The translations under genes were made by a program, and so were the position numbers. Below are positions 11,816 through 22,040 of a stretch of DNA of 64,000 bases, piece after piece. Under the pieces are notes generated by a model. That model did no database searches. It saw only the letters and a program-made list of their open reading frames with translations, and was not told the DNA's origin. The stretch comes from an uncultured Actinomycetota bacterium. Its GTDB lineage: Bacteria > Actinomycetota > UBA4738 > HRBIN12. The first letter of the stretch is position 1. Every line of letters starts with the position of its first letter. Location: NCBI GenBank assembly GCA_963702405.1, contig CAVPCM010000011.1, positions 19,764-83,763 of the forward strand. Reading direction: 5' to 3'.

Positions 11816-13129
11816 AACGATCCGCGCGACATCGTCGCTGCGAAGCGGGACGGCAGGTCGATCCCTCCCGCTGACGTCCGTGCCTTCATCGAGGGATACA
11901 CCGCGGGAGACGTATCCGACGCGCTGGCGGCAGCGTTCCTCATGGCGTGCGTGCTTCGCGGTCTCGATGACGAGGAGACCCTTGCGCTCACGACCGCGCT
12001 GGTGGACTCGGGCGAGACCCTTCGGTTCCCTGCCCCCTCCGGATCGGACCTTCCGACCGTGGACAAGCATTCCACCGGCGGGGTCGCCGACGGCGTCACA
12101 CTCGTGTTCGCCCCGCTGGCCGCGGCCTTGGGGCTCTGCGTGGCGAAGCTCTCGGGCCGGGGACTCGGACACACGGGCGGCACGCTCGACAAGCTCGAGT
12201 CGATCCCCGGTGTGCGGACGGATCTGTCGCCCGAGGACATCCGGCAGCAGGTGGAGGACGTGGGATGCGCGGTGGCCGCGCAGTCACCCACACTCGTGCC
12301 GGCCGACGGCGCTCTCTACGCGTTGCGCGACGCCACGGCGACGGTCCCGTCGATCCCGCTGATCGCTGCCAGCGTGATGTCCAAGAAGTTGGCGGTGGAG
12401 ACGGACCTGATCCTCCTGGACGTGAAGACCGGCTCGGGCGCCTTCATGAAGACCCTCGAGGACGCGCGGGCGCTCGCGGAGCGATGCCTCGCGCTCGCCG
12501 CCGGCTGGGGCCGAGCCGCGAGCGCCGCGGTGACGGACATGTCCCAGCCGCTCGGCGACGCGGTCGGGAACGCCCTGGACATCGCGGAGACCGTGGCCGT
12601 GCTCCGCGGGGACTCGGGGGGTCGTCTCCGCGAAGCGGCGCTGCTCTTCGCCGCCCGGGCCTTGGAGCACACGCGTGGTGGGATCGGCCATGAGGAGGCC
12701 CTCGCGCAGGCGGACGGTGCGATCGGCTCGGGCGACGCGCTCGAGCGGTTCCGTCGGATGATCGAAGCGCAGGGGGGAGATCCTCACGTCGTGGACGACC
12801 CGGCCGGCGTGCTCCCGGCCGCTCCCGTGCGCGAGCCGCTGCTCGCGGACCGTACCGGTGTCCTCGCGGCCGTCGACGCGGAGGCGATCGGGCTCGCGAG
12901 CGTCGGGCTGGGAGCCGGTCGGCGGCGCAAAGGTGACCGCATCGATCCCGCCGTCGGTATCGTGGTGCATCCGAAGATCGGCGACCGGCTGGAGGCCGGG
13001 ACGCCCATCGGGGAGGTGCACGCGCGAGATCGCGACGCCGCGGCGGAGGCCGGACGTCGTGTCCTCGCCGCGATAGACATCACCGATGGTGCCGTCGCGC
13101 CCCCGCCGCTCATCTACGTCTGGATGTGA
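11816..13129 (+). CDS. deoA: pyrimidine-nucleoside (thymidine) phosphorylase
   Basis: DKHSTGGVADGVTL and GHTGGTLDKLESIPG motifs. GTG start (VNDPRDIVAAKRDG). Confidence 0.85.
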   Translation, partial: NDPRDIVAAKRDGRSIPPADVRAFIEGYTAGDVSDALAAAFLMACVLRGLDDEETLALTTALVDSGETLRFPAPSGSDLPTVDKHSTGGVADGVTLVFAPLAAALGLCVAKLSGRGLGHTGGTLDKLESIPGVRTDLSPEDIRQQVEDVGCAVAAQSPTLVPADGALYALRDATATVPSIPLIAASVMSKKLAVETDLILLDVKTGSGAFMKTLEDARALAERCLALAAGWGRAASAAVTDMSQPLGDAVGNALDIAETVAVLRGDSGGRLREAALLFAARALEHTRGGIGHEEALAQADGAIGSGDALERFRRMIEAQGGDPHVVDDPAGVLPAAPVREPLLADRTGVLAAVDAEAIGLASVGLGAGRRRKGDRIDPAVGIVVHPKIGDRLEAGTPIGEVHARDRDAAAEAGRRVLAAIDITDGAVAPPPLIYVWM

Positions 13130-13132
13130 AGG

Positions 13133-13798
13133 ATGGGGAACTTCACGGCGCTCGGGCTCCGACTCGCAGCCTACATGCTCGTCTCCCTGTTCATCGGGAT
13201 GACGCTCCGCGAGTACGCGCGCGCCCGGGCGGCCGCGGCGCTCGGCGACCCCACCCCGCGGCTGTGGGGCCGGATCACGCTCCGACCGAAGCCGTGGTTC
13301 GACCCGTTCGGGAGCGGCTTCATCGGCGCGATGGTGGCGCTGCTCTGGACCGTGCAGGCGTTCATGATGCCGGCGGCGTACGCGAAACCGGCACCGATCG
13401 ACACGAACTACCTGAGGCGTCACCCCCGTGACGTCGTCCTCGTCTCGCTCGCGGGTCCGGTCGCGTCGCTCGCGCTGGCCGTGCTCGGGGGGATCGTGAT
13501 CCGTGCCGGCGTCGGGGGTCAGGTGGGGCTCGCCTTCCTGACGTTCGTGTTCACGAACGTCTCGCTCATGGTGTTCCATCTCCTGCCGATCCCTGGCCTC
13601 GACGGCGGCCGGCTGCTGGCGCTGCTGCTTCCCCCACACGCGCGCGAGGTGTTCCGGAACGCGGACCGGTACCTCGCGCTGATCGTCCTCGTGGTGTTGT
13701 TCCTGTTCACGTTCCTCCTCGGCGTCGCCAGGCTCCTTGCCGGCGCGGTATGCGACGCCCTCTCCGGCGTGGACTGCTCGGGCCTCTTCCGCTTCTGA
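13133..13798 (+). CDS. site-2 protease (M50)-like membrane protein with a degenerate zinc motif
   Basis: Multi-TM topology and M50-like architecture. The expected HExxH position reads REYAR. Confidence 0.55.
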   Translation: MGNFTALGLRLAAYMLVSLFIGMTLREYARARAAAALGDPTPRLWGRITLRPKPWFDPFGSGFIGAMVALLWTVQAFMMPAAYAKPAPIDTNYLRRHPRDVVLVSLAGPVASLALAVLGGIVIRAGVGGQVGLAFLTFVFTNVSLMVFHLLPIPGLDGGRLLALLLPPHAREVFRNADRYLALIVLVVLFLFTFLLGVARLLAGAVCDALSGVDCSGLFRF

Positions 13799-13848
13799 GT
13801 CGCGCGTTCCCGGCCGCGGGAGGCGGGACCGGTATCATCGGCCGCATC

Positions 13849-14892
13849 GTGACCTCTTCCTCCCCGTCCGACGATGCGCCCGGATCGGAGGGCGTGGAGC
13901 CCCACCGCGGCCGCGTCCTGACCGGCTTCCGCCCCACCGGCGATCTCCACGTCGGCCACTGGGCGGGCAACGTGGGGAACGCGGTTCGACTCCAAGACGA
14001 GGGATACGAGTGCTTCTACTTCGTCGCGAACTGGCACATGCTCACGACGCACTACGACCGCACCGCGGAGCTCGGGTCGCTGGTCGAAGCGATCGTGCTC
14101 GATCTGCTCGCGTGCGGCATCGATCCCGAGCGTTCGACGCTCTATCTGCAGTCGGACCTCCCCGAGGTCGCGGAGATGGCGCTGCTCCTCGGGATGATCG
14201 CGCCCCTCGGCTGGCTCGAACGCGTGCCCACCTACAAGGAGCGGTTGCGCGACATGGCCGAGCGCGACGTCGCGAACTTCGGGCTCCTCGGGTACCCGGT
14301 GCTCCAGACCGTGGACATCTCGATCGTGCGCGGCGAGCTGGTGCCGGTGGGGGAGGACCAGGTGTCCCACCTCGAGATCTCGCGGGAGATCGTGCGGCGA
14401 TTCAACCGGCTCTTCGGCGAGATCCTGGTCGAGCCCCAGCCGCTGTTGTCGGACTTCCCGCTCGTGCCGGGATCGGACGGCCGGAAGATGTCCAAGTCGC
14501 TCGACAACGCGATCGGCCTGGTCGACGACCCCGACACGATCAGAGCGAAGGTCCGGTCGTTCATCACCGACCCGCAGAAAGTACGCCTCGGCGACCCGGG
14601 CCGGCCGGAGATCTGCCCGATCTATGCCCTGCACACTCGGTTCTCACCCGACATCGTCGATTGGACGCGCGACCACTGCCGCTCCGGGGAGCTCGGCTGC
14701 GTGGACTGCAAGACGAATCTCGCCGATCGCCTGATCGAGGAGCTCCGGCCGATCCGGGAACGACGGCTCGAGCTGGCCTCGGAGCCGGGGTTGGTGTGGA
14801 AGGTCCTGGGCGAGGGGAGGGAGCGCGTCGGACCCGTGGTGCGGGAGACGATGGATGCCGTGCGCGACGCGATGGGGTTCTCACGACCGTGA
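13849..14892 (+). CDS. trpS: tryptophan--tRNA ligase
   Basis: TGFRPTGDLHVGHW (HIGH) and KMSKS. Start is GTG at 13849, or the ATG at 13750, which would overlap the upstream gene. Confidence 0.88.
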   Translation: MTSSSPSDDAPGSEGVEPHRGRVLTGFRPTGDLHVGHWAGNVGNAVRLQDEGYECFYFVANWHMLTTHYDRTAELGSLVEAIVLDLLACGIDPERSTLYLQSDLPEVAEMALLLGMIAPLGWLERVPTYKERLRDMAERDVANFGLLGYPVLQTVDISIVRGELVPVGEDQVSHLEISREIVRRFNRLFGEILVEPQPLLSDFPLVPGSDGRKMSKSLDNAIGLVDDPDTIRAKVRSFITDPQKVRLGDPGRPEICPIYALHTRFSPDIVDWTRDHCRSGELGCVDCKTNLADRLIEELRPIRERRLELASEPGLVWKVLGEGRERVGPVVRETMDAVRDAMGFSRP

Positions 14893-15626
14893 CGGAAGAG
14901 GGGGCCGGTGCGTTCGCGGTCGAACTGCCCGCGTTCACCGGGCCGTTCCGGCTGTTGGCCGAGCTGATCCTGGAACAGAAGGTCGATGTGTGCGACGTGT
15001 CGGTCGCGGCCGTGACCGACGGCTTCCTCGCCTACGCGAAAGACGCCGACCACTGGGACCTCGAGGAGGTCACGTGGTTCCTCGCGATGTGCGCCGTCCT
15101 CTTGGAGCTGAAGGTCGGCAGGCTGATGCCGAGGCACACCGACACGGACGAGGACGATCTCCTCGGCGCCTCCCCGGACCTCGCCTACGCCAGGTCGATG
15201 GAGCTGGCGGCGTTCCGGAAGGTAGCGGTCGAGCTCGCTCGCCGGCTCGAGGACGAAGCCAGCTTCTTCACCAGGGATGTCGGACCCGGTCCCGAGTTCT
15301 CGCACCTGTACCCGGATCCGATGACGAAGGTGGACACGCGATCCCTCGCCGGCCTCGCGGCGCAGCTGTTGCGGCCGCCCCCGACGCTCGATCTCAGCCA
15401 CGTGACGCCGATCCGCTACACGATGGCGGAGGCGATGACCGCCGTCGAGCGCCGGATCGAGGATCTCGGGCGCGCCGCCTCCTTCCGCGACCTCGTCGCC
15501 GACTGTGACGAACGGATCGAGGTCATCGTCCGGTTCCTGGCGCTCCTCGAGCTGTACCGTGACGGCCGGGTGGAGCTTGTACAGGGCGACACGTTCGGCG
15601 AGATCCGCGTCGAGTGGCAGGGATGA
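14889..15626 (+). CDS. scpA: segregation and condensation protein A
   Basis: GPFRLLAELILEQKVDVCDVSVAAVTDGFLAY N-terminus. GTG start overlapping the trpS stop. Confidence 0.85.
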   Translation: MTEEGAGAFAVELPAFTGPFRLLAELILEQKVDVCDVSVAAVTDGFLAYAKDADHWDLEEVTWFLAMCAVLLELKVGRLMPRHTDTDEDDLLGASPDLAYARSMELAAFRKVAVELARRLEDEASFFTRDVGPGPEFSHLYPDPMTKVDTRSLAGLAAQLLRPPPTLDLSHVTPIRYTMAEAMTAVERRIEDLGRAASFRDLVADCDERIEVIVRFLALLELYRDGRVELVQGDTFGEIRVEWQG

Positions 15627-16237
15627 CGATGCCGGAGCCGGAAGCGGAGGGCCTGACGACCACCTCGGACACACGAGCCCTCGAGGCGTTGCTGTTCGTC
15701 TCGGACGAACCGCTGGCCTCGTCGGTCCTGGCACAGGCGCTCGAGATCGAGCGAAGAACGGTCGAGGAGCTGTGCGACCGACTCGCGGCGGAGCTCGACG
15801 CACGTGGAGCCGGGGTCGTGCTCCGCAACGTGGCGGGTGGCTGGCGCCTGTTCACCCACCCGGACACCGCTACCGAGGTCGAGCGATTCGTGCTGTCGTC
15901 CCGTCAGGCCCGGCTGACGAAGGCGGCGCTCGAGACGCTCGCGATCGTCGCGTACAAGCAGCCGGTCACCCGGCACCAGATCACGTCGATCCGGGGTGTC
16001 AACTCCGACGGGGTCCTCCGGGCGCTCCAGGACAAGGGGCTCGTCGAGGAGGCGGGGCGGGAGGAAACGCCGGGCCGGCCGATCCTGTTCGCGACGACGC
16101 CGTCCTTCCTCGAGCGGCTGGGTCTGCCCTCGCTGGCCGCCCTGCCGTCGCTGGCGCCGCTCCTCGGGGTCGACGGGGAGGCTGAGGAGGCGGACACGGA
16201 GAGCCCTTCACCGGAGCCTCCCGAGCCCGGCGATTAG
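15614..16237 (+). CDS. scpB: segregation and condensation protein B
   Basis: ALEALLFVSDEPL and winged-helix repeats. Overlaps scpA. Confidence 0.85.
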   Translation: MAGMTMPEPEAEGLTTTSDTRALEALLFVSDEPLASSVLAQALEIERRTVEELCDRLAAELDARGAGVVLRNVAGGWRLFTHPDTATEVERFVLSSRQARLTKAALETLAIVAYKQPVTRHQITSIRGVNSDGVLRALQDKGLVEEAGREETPGRPILFATTPSFLERLGLPSLAALPSLAPLLGVDGEAEEADTESPSPEPPEPGD

Positions 16238-16240
16238 GCC

Positions 16241-16963
16241 GTGGCGGTCGAACGACTGCAGCGACTCCTCGCCCGCGCTGGCTACGGCTCTCGACGAGCG
16301 TGCGAGGAGCTGATCGTCGAGGGTCGCGTCACCCTCAACGGGAACGTGGCGACGCTCGGGGACCGGGGTGACCCTTCAAAGGATGAGGTTCGGGTCGACG
16401 GTCTCGAGGTCAACCTCGACCCGAACGTCAAGTACTTCGCCGTCCACAAGCCGGCCGGGGTGGTCACGACGATGGACGACCCGCAGGGGCGTCCCGACAT
16501 CCGCGCGTACCTCCCCACGGACGGTCCTCGCGTGTTCCCCGTCGGCCGGCTGGATCGGGACACGGAGGGGCTCCTCCTCCTGATGAACGATGGGGACCTC
16601 GCGAACGGACTCACGCATCCTCGGTTCGGCGTGGAGAAGGAGTATCTCGCCGAGGTGGAGGGCCTCCCGACGCCGAAGCACGTCGGGTTGCTGCGACGTG
16701 GCGTGGAGCTGGACGACGGCCCCGCGAGCGCGGCCAAGGCATGGGTTGCTGGTCGTTCCGGCGAACGCGGAGCCGTCCGCGTCGTGATGACGGAGGGGCG
16801 GAAACGCGAGGTCCGCCGGCTGCTCGCCGCCGTCGGGTTGCCGGTCGTCCGCCTGGTCCGCGTGCGGATCGGCCCCGTCCGCCTCGGCACCCTCGGCCCC
16901 GGGGAGCGACGCGAGCTCACGCTGGATGAGGTGGTCGCGCTCAGGCGGGTCGTCGACGGGTAG
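16241..16963 (+). CDS. rluB: rRNA pseudouridine synthase (RsuA/RluB family)
   Basis: S4 domain (RLQRLLARAGYGSRR) and catalytic GRLDRDTEGLLLL. Confidence 0.88.
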   Translation: MAVERLQRLLARAGYGSRRACEELIVEGRVTLNGNVATLGDRGDPSKDEVRVDGLEVNLDPNVKYFAVHKPAGVVTTMDDPQGRPDIRAYLPTDGPRVFPVGRLDRDTEGLLLLMNDGDLANGLTHPRFGVEKEYLAEVEGLPTPKHVGLLRRGVELDDGPASAAKAWVAGRSGERGAVRVVMTEGRKREVRRLLAAVGLPVVRLVRVRIGPVRLGTLGPGERRELTLDEVVALRRVVDG

Positions 16964-17012
16964 CCTTGGGAACCTCGGGGCGTCGCGCCCGGAGCCGGAA
17001 GAGCGATGAGGG

Positions 17013-17378
17013 GTGTCCATGAGGCTTCGTGCGGCGCGCGGCGCGATCCGCGTGCCATCGGACGACGGTGACGGGCTGCTCGGAGCGACCGAGCGGCTCC
17101 TCTCGGCCATCCTGGAGCGCAATGCGGTCGACCCCGATGACCTGGTGAGCATCCTGTTCACGGCGACCGAGGACCTGCGGTCCGCGTTCCCCGCGGAAGC
17201 CGCTCGTCGGATGGGGCTGGGCCGCGTTCCGCTGCTCTGCGCGCAGGAGATCCCGGTGGAGGGCTCGATGCGTTCGGTGATCCGTGTCCTCGTGCACTTC
17301 CACTCGGATCGGACGCTCGACGAGGTCGCGCATATGTACCTGGACGGCGCGGAGTCGCTCCGAGATGACGTCGGCTGA
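17013..17378 (+). CDS. aroH: monofunctional chorismate mutase, AroH class
   Basis: About 120 aa. RGIRGA...LFTATEDL...FPA pattern matching B. subtilis AroH. Confidence 0.75.
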   Translation: MSMRLRAARGAIRVPSDDGDGLLGATERLLSAILERNAVDPDDLVSILFTATEDLRSAFPAEAARRMGLGRVPLLCAQEIPVEGSMRSVIRVLVHFHSDRTLDEVAHMYLDGAESLRDDVG

Positions 17379-17391
17379 ACGGGTTCTCCCG

Positions 17392-18510
17392 ATGACGGAC
17401 GGCAGCGCCTTGGCTCCGAGGCCGATCGAGCGGGTCGCCGTCGTGGGGACCGGTCTGATGGGCACGTCGGTCGCGCTCGCCGCGGCGCGGGCCGGCGCCA
17501 CCGTGACCGGGTGGGACGTCGACCCCCTGACGACGGCTCGGGCTGCCGCGGTCGGCGGGTTCACGGGTGCCGCCACGCTCGAGGAGGCCGTGGAGGGCGC
17601 CGAGCTCGTCGTGGTCTGCACGCCGATCCCGATGATCGCGGACTCCGTCGCCGCCGCCCTGTCCACGACCGCCGACGCGATCGTCACCGAGGTGGGGAGC
17701 ATCATGGACTCCGTGGCCAGGGAGGTGGCCGAGCGAGCCGACCCGGCCCACTTGCGTCGCTTCGTCCCGGGGCACCCGATGGGGGGGAGCGAGCGCTCCG
17801 GTCCGGAGCACGCGTCCCCTTCCGTGCTCGACGGGATCGTGTGGGTGCTGTCGGCGACGGGGTCCACCGACCCCACAGCCGTCGTGGTCGTCGAGAGGTG
17901 GGTCTCTGGACTCGGCGCCCGACCCGTCCGGATGCCGGCCGATCGTCATGACCGCCTCGTCGCTTTCGTGAGCCATCTCCCGCAGGTCGCCTCCACGGCG
18001 CTGATGAGCCTCGCGGCGAGCGAGGAGGCCGACGAGCCGGAGATCCTCCTGCTGGCGGCCGGGGGGTTCCGCGACCTGACGCGCCTGGCGGCCTCGGATG
18101 CGAGCCTGTGGTCATCGATCCTCCTGGCGAATCGCGCCCAGATCGCCGAGGCGATCGACCTCTACGTGGACCGCCTGCGACTCCTGCGGGAGGACGTGGT
18201 CGAGAGCCGAGGCGAGGCCGTGCGATCCACGTTCGCCCAGGCGAAGGAGGCCCGCCTCCGGCTGGCGACCAAGCCACAGGTACGGTCCGGCGTTGCCGTG
18301 TTGCAGGTGGAAGCACCCGACCGCCCGGGCGCCCTCGCGGAGCTGACCGCGATCCTCGCGGAGGGAAGGGTGAACATCGAGGACCTCCAGATCGTCCACT
18401 CGCCGGAGGGTGGGCGCGGGACCGTGCACCTGACCGTCGCGGCTGCGACGGCGGACGATGCCACCGGGGTGCTGAGGGGCGCGGGCCTCGATCCGATCCG
18501 GCTCGCGTGA
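17392..18510 (+). CDS. tyrA: prephenate dehydrogenase with C-terminal ACT domain
   Basis: VAVVGTGLMGTSVALAA Rossmann motif. C-terminal ACT (VLQVEAPDRPGALAELT). Alternative start ATG at 17365. Confidence 0.85.
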   Translation: MTDGSALAPRPIERVAVVGTGLMGTSVALAAARAGATVTGWDVDPLTTARAAAVGGFTGAATLEEAVEGAELVVVCTPIPMIADSVAAALSTTADAIVTEVGSIMDSVAREVAERADPAHLRRFVPGHPMGGSERSGPEHASPSVLDGIVWVLSATGSTDPTAVVVVERWVSGLGARPVRMPADRHDRLVAFVSHLPQVASTALMSLAASEEADEPEILLLAAGGFRDLTRLAASDASLWSSILLANRAQIAEAIDLYVDRLRLLREDVVESRGEAVRSTFAQAKEARLRLATKPQVRSGVAVLQVEAPDRPGALAELTAILAEGRVNIEDLQIVHSPEGGRGTVHLTVAAATADDATGVLRGAGLDPIRLA

Positions 18511-18518
18511 GGACGTCG

Positions 18519-19892
18519 ATGAAGGTCCGGGTGAGGCCTGGAGGCTCCCTCCGAGGGCAGGCCACCGTCCCCGGCGACAAGTCGATCGCCCATCGGTGGC
18601 TGATCCTTGCGGTCACCGCGGCAGGGCGCAGCTCGCTCGAGGGTCTGCCGCACTCCCTCGATATCAGGTCCACCGCGTCCTGTCTCGCCGAGCTCGCTCC
18701 GACGGCTCGACCTGCACTCGAGGCTTGGGCCTCCAGCTCTGGGCCCTCCGATGAACGCCACGGTTCCACGTGGAACCAGGAGGACTCGACCCTCAACCTC
18801 CCGATGCTCGACCTTCACGGTGAAGGTCGTGGATCGCTCCGCGAACCCGATCGGGAGCTGGACTGTGGGAACTCCGGTACCTCCTTGCGGCTGCTCGCCG
18901 GGCTCGTGGCCCCCGGTCCATTCGTGACGGTCCTCGCCGGTGACCCTAGCTTGGCGACGAGACCGATGGAGCGAGTGGCCGCGCCGCTGCGGGCGATGGG
19001 GGCGGACGTGGCCACGCGCGACGGGCATCCGCCGGTGTCGATCCGCGGTGGGGAGCTGCACGGGATCCGGTTCGAGCCCGAGGTCCCGAGCGCGCAGGTG
19101 AAGGGCGCCGTCCTCCTGGCCGCACTCGAGGCCGACGGCGCCACGACGGTGGCGGAGTCCGTTCCCACGAGGGACCACACGGAGCGCGCCCTCGGCGCCC
19201 TCGGAGCTCCAGTGCGCGCGACGGAGGAGGGCATCGTGCTCGACGGGCGGTTCCAGCACGAGGGATTCCGCGGGTGGGTGCCCGGAGACCCGTCGTCGGC
19301 CGCGTTCGTGCTCGGTGCCGCCGCGCTCACCGGCGGCGAGGTCGCGCTCACGGGCGTCGGACTGAACCCGAGCCGGCTCGCGTTCCTCGAGGTGTTCGAA
19401 CGGATGGGTGTGGAGGTCGACGTCGAGGTCGAGGGGTCCGTTCTGGGAGAGCCGGTGGGGACGATGCACCTGGCCCCGGGGGGATCGGTCCGGCCGGTGC
19501 ACGTCGGCGCCGGAGAGGTCCCCCTGGTGATCGACGAGGTCCCGATCCTCGCTGCTCTGGCCGCCCACGCGGGCGGTCCCTCACGCTTCGTTGGGGCGTC
19601 CGAGCTCCGCGTGAAGGAGAGCGACCGACTCTCCGTGCTCGCCGACGGGATCCGGAGCCTTGGGGGACTGGCCGAGGAGGACGGAGACGATCTCGTGATC
19701 GGGGGCGGCGGGCTCCGGGGCGGCTCCGCTCGCTCCGCCGGCGATCACCGGATCGTGATGGCGCTCACCGCGTCGGCGACGGCAGCGGAGGCGTCCTCTG
19801 AGATCGACGGTGCCGAGTCGGCCGCCGTGTCCTTCCCGGGGTTCTTCGGGCTGCTGCGCTCGCTGGGTGCCGACGTCGAGGAGGCGCGATGA
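18519..19892 (+). CDS. aroA: 3-phosphoshikimate 1-carboxyvinyltransferase (EPSP synthase)
   Basis: VPGDKSIAHR, LDCGNSGTS and ESDRL motifs. Possible ~20-aa insertion before the CGNSGT loop. Confidence 0.88.
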   Translation: MKVRVRPGGSLRGQATVPGDKSIAHRWLILAVTAAGRSSLEGLPHSLDIRSTASCLAELAPTARPALEAWASSSGPSDERHGSTWNQEDSTLNLPMLDLHGEGRGSLREPDRELDCGNSGTSLRLLAGLVAPGPFVTVLAGDPSLATRPMERVAAPLRAMGADVATRDGHPPVSIRGGELHGIRFEPEVPSAQVKGAVLLAALEADGATTVAESVPTRDHTERALGALGAPVRATEEGIVLDGRFQHEGFRGWVPGDPSSAAFVLGAAALTGGEVALTGVGLNPSRLAFLEVFERMGVEVDVEVEGSVLGEPVGTMHLAPGGSVRPVHVGAGEVPLVIDEVPILAALAAHAGGPSRFVGASELRVKESDRLSVLADGIRSLGGLAEEDGDDLVIGGGGLRGGSARSAGDHRIVMALTASATAAEASSEIDGAESAAVSFPGFFGLLRSLGADVEEAR

Positions 19893-20575
19893 CGCTCCGG
19901 GTCGTGGCGATCGACGGCGCCGCCGGGAGCGGGAAGAGCACGCTCGCCCGGCTCCTGGCGAGGGAGCTCCGGCTGCCGTACGTCAACACGGGGTCGATGT
20001 ACCGCGCGCTCACCCTCGCGGCTCTTCGAGGGGCCGTCGACGTCGAGGACGGGATCGCGCTCGCCCAGCTGATGGGCACCCTCGAGTTCACGTTGAGCCC
20101 CGGAACCGGCGGAGAGCTCCTGATCGATGGCGCTCAGCCCTCCGACGACCTCGAGACGGCGGACGTCGAGGCCTCCGTCAGCACCGTCGCGAAGCACCCT
20201 CCGGTCCGCTCGGCGATGCGCGCCGCCCAGCGTGCTCTGGGTGTGGGCGGAGCCGTGATGGAGGGGCGCGACATCGGCACGGTCGTGTTCCCCGATGCCC
20301 CGCTGAAGCTCTTCCTCGTGGCCGCGCCCGACGAGCGTGCTGGCCGCCGGGTCGACGAACGGGGCGCGACCGATGTCGCCGAGGCACTCCACGCACGGGA
20401 CCGCCTCGATGCGAGGGTCAATCCCCACGTCCCGGCGGACGACGCCGTGGTGATCGATACGAGCGAACTCGGCGTCGAGGGGACGCTCCGTGCCGCGCTC
20501 GACGCGGTGGCCAGCCGGGCGCCGGGCCTCCTGATCCCCGAGGGACCTCGGGCCGACGAGGGATCACGGTCGTGA
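19889..20575 (+). CDS. cmk: cytidylate kinase
   Basis: IDGAAGSGKST P-loop and NTGSMYRA. Confidence 0.9.
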   Translation: MTLRVVAIDGAAGSGKSTLARLLARELRLPYVNTGSMYRALTLAALRGAVDVEDGIALAQLMGTLEFTLSPGTGGELLIDGAQPSDDLETADVEASVSTVAKHPPVRSAMRAAQRALGVGGAVMEGRDIGTVVFPDAPLKLFLVAAPDERAGRRVDERGATDVAEALHARDRLDARVNPHVPADDAVVIDTSELGVEGTLRAALDAVASRAPGLLIPEGPRADEGSRS

Positions 20576-21879
20576 CCGTTCCGCGGATCGCCGTCGTCGG
20601 CCGCCAGAACGTCGGGAAATCCACGTTGGTCAACAGGCTCTTCGGCAAGCGCGAGACGATCGCACACGACGACCCGGGGGTCACGCGGGACCGCGTGGAG
20701 ATCGAGGCGACGTGGAACGGGAAACGGTTCGGGCTCGTCGACACGGCCGGGTACCTCCACCGAGCCACCGGCGTCGACGCGCTCGCCGGCCTGCAGTCGC
20801 TCCGGGCGATCGACGAGGCCCAGCTCGTCGTCCTGGTGGTCGACGTCGCGTCAGGGATCACGGAGGAGGACGCCCAGCTCGCGCACCGTCTCCGACGGGC
20901 GGCGTCCCCGGTCCTCGCGGTCGTGAACAAGGTGGATGCGGCCGAGGACGAGGCCGAGGTGCCCGCCTTCCTCGCGTTGGGCCTCGGCGATCCGATCGCC
21001 GTGTCCTCGAAGCACGGTCGGGGAGTGGGTGAGCTCCTCGACCGCATCGTCGACCTGCTCCCGGACGCCCCGAGGGCCGGGAGTGACGACGGTGAGGACC
21101 GGGAGGAGCCGCGTTTCGCCATCGTCGGGCGGCCGAACGTGGGCAAGTCCAGCCTGTTCAACACGCTGGTGGGGGAGGAGCGGTCGGTGGTGTTCGAGGA
21201 GGCGGGGACGACCCGCGACAGCGTCGACGCCCTCGTGGACTGGCGGGACGCGGGGCGGATCCGCTTCGTCGACACGGCGGGGATGCGGCGCGCGATCCGG
21301 GTGAAGGGCGTGGAGTACTACAGCTTCGTTCGAGCGGGCGCGGCGATCGATCGAGCCGACGCGGCTGCGGTCGTCTTCGATGCGACCGAGGGGCTCACCG
21401 CCGAGGACCAGAAGATCGCGTTCCGCGTCTTGGAGGCCGGCAGAGCGCTGCTCCTCGTCGCGAACAAGTGGGATCTCGTGGAGGACAAGGATCGGCTCTT
21501 CAAGCGGCTGACCGAGGAGGCGACGCTGCTGGCCCGCGCCACCGTGATCCGGACCTCCGCGGTCCGCGGCCAGGGCGTCGAGAGGATCCCGGAGCTGCTC
21601 CTCGAGCTCCGGACCCGTTGGGCGAGCCGCGCGACGACCTCTCGGGTCAACCAGGTGCTCCAGGACCTCCAGGGCGCACAACCCCCGCCCCGGTCCTCCG
21701 GCACCCTCCACTACGCGGCGCAGGTCGCGAGCCGTCCCCCTTCGTTCGTCTTCTTCGGGGGCGGCCGCCCTCCGGTCCCTGGCTATCGCCGGTACGTGGA
21801 GAACAGGCTGCGCGAAGCCTTCCACCTGGACGGCATCCCGATCCGGATGCGATTCCGGCCGCGGACGCGGGGAGGCTGA
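20572..21879 (+). CDS. der: ribosome-biogenesis GTPase Der (EngA)
   Basis: Two tandem GTPase domains (GRQNVGKSTL and GRPNVGKSSL) plus a KH-like C-terminus. GTG start overlaps the cmk stop. Confidence 0.9.
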   Translation: MTVPRIAVVGRQNVGKSTLVNRLFGKRETIAHDDPGVTRDRVEIEATWNGKRFGLVDTAGYLHRATGVDALAGLQSLRAIDEAQLVVLVVDVASGITEEDAQLAHRLRRAASPVLAVVNKVDAAEDEAEVPAFLALGLGDPIAVSSKHGRGVGELLDRIVDLLPDAPRAGSDDGEDREEPRFAIVGRPNVGKSSLFNTLVGEERSVVFEEAGTTRDSVDALVDWRDAGRIRFVDTAGMRRAIRVKGVEYYSFVRAGAAIDRADAAAVVFDATEGLTAEDQKIAFRVLEAGRALLLVANKWDLVEDKDRLFKRLTEEATLLARATVIRTSAVRGQGVERIPELLLELRTRWASRATTSRVNQVLQDLQGAQPPPRSSGTLHYAAQVASRPPSFVFFGGGRPPVPGYRRYVENRLREAFHLDGIPIRMRFRPRTRGG

Positions 21880-21941
21880 GGTCCGGCGCGGTGCCGGGCG
21901 GGCCGTGGAGCCGCAACCCCGCACGGCTACACTGCAACGTA

Positions 21942-22016
21942 CGGGCCGTGGCGCAGCTTGGTTAGCGCGTCTGACTGGGGGTCAGAAGGTCGCCGGTTCG
22001 AATCCGGCCGGCCCGA
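21942..22016 (+). tRNA. tRNA-Pro (anticodon GGG)
   Basis: Cloverleaf folded by hand. 7-bp acceptor stem CGGGCCG/CGGCCCG, anticodon loop CTGGGGG with GGG at 34-36, T-loop GTTCGAAT. CCA is not encoded. Confidence 0.85.
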
Positions 22017-22040
22017 CGGATGAGAGGGACGACGGAGACG

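Noticed and set aside
18700-18900. Possible frameshift pair inside aroA (extra approximately 20 aa before LDCGNSGT)
   Set aside because: The reading frame is continuous and the flanking motifs are intact. It is more likely a lineage-specific loop insertion.
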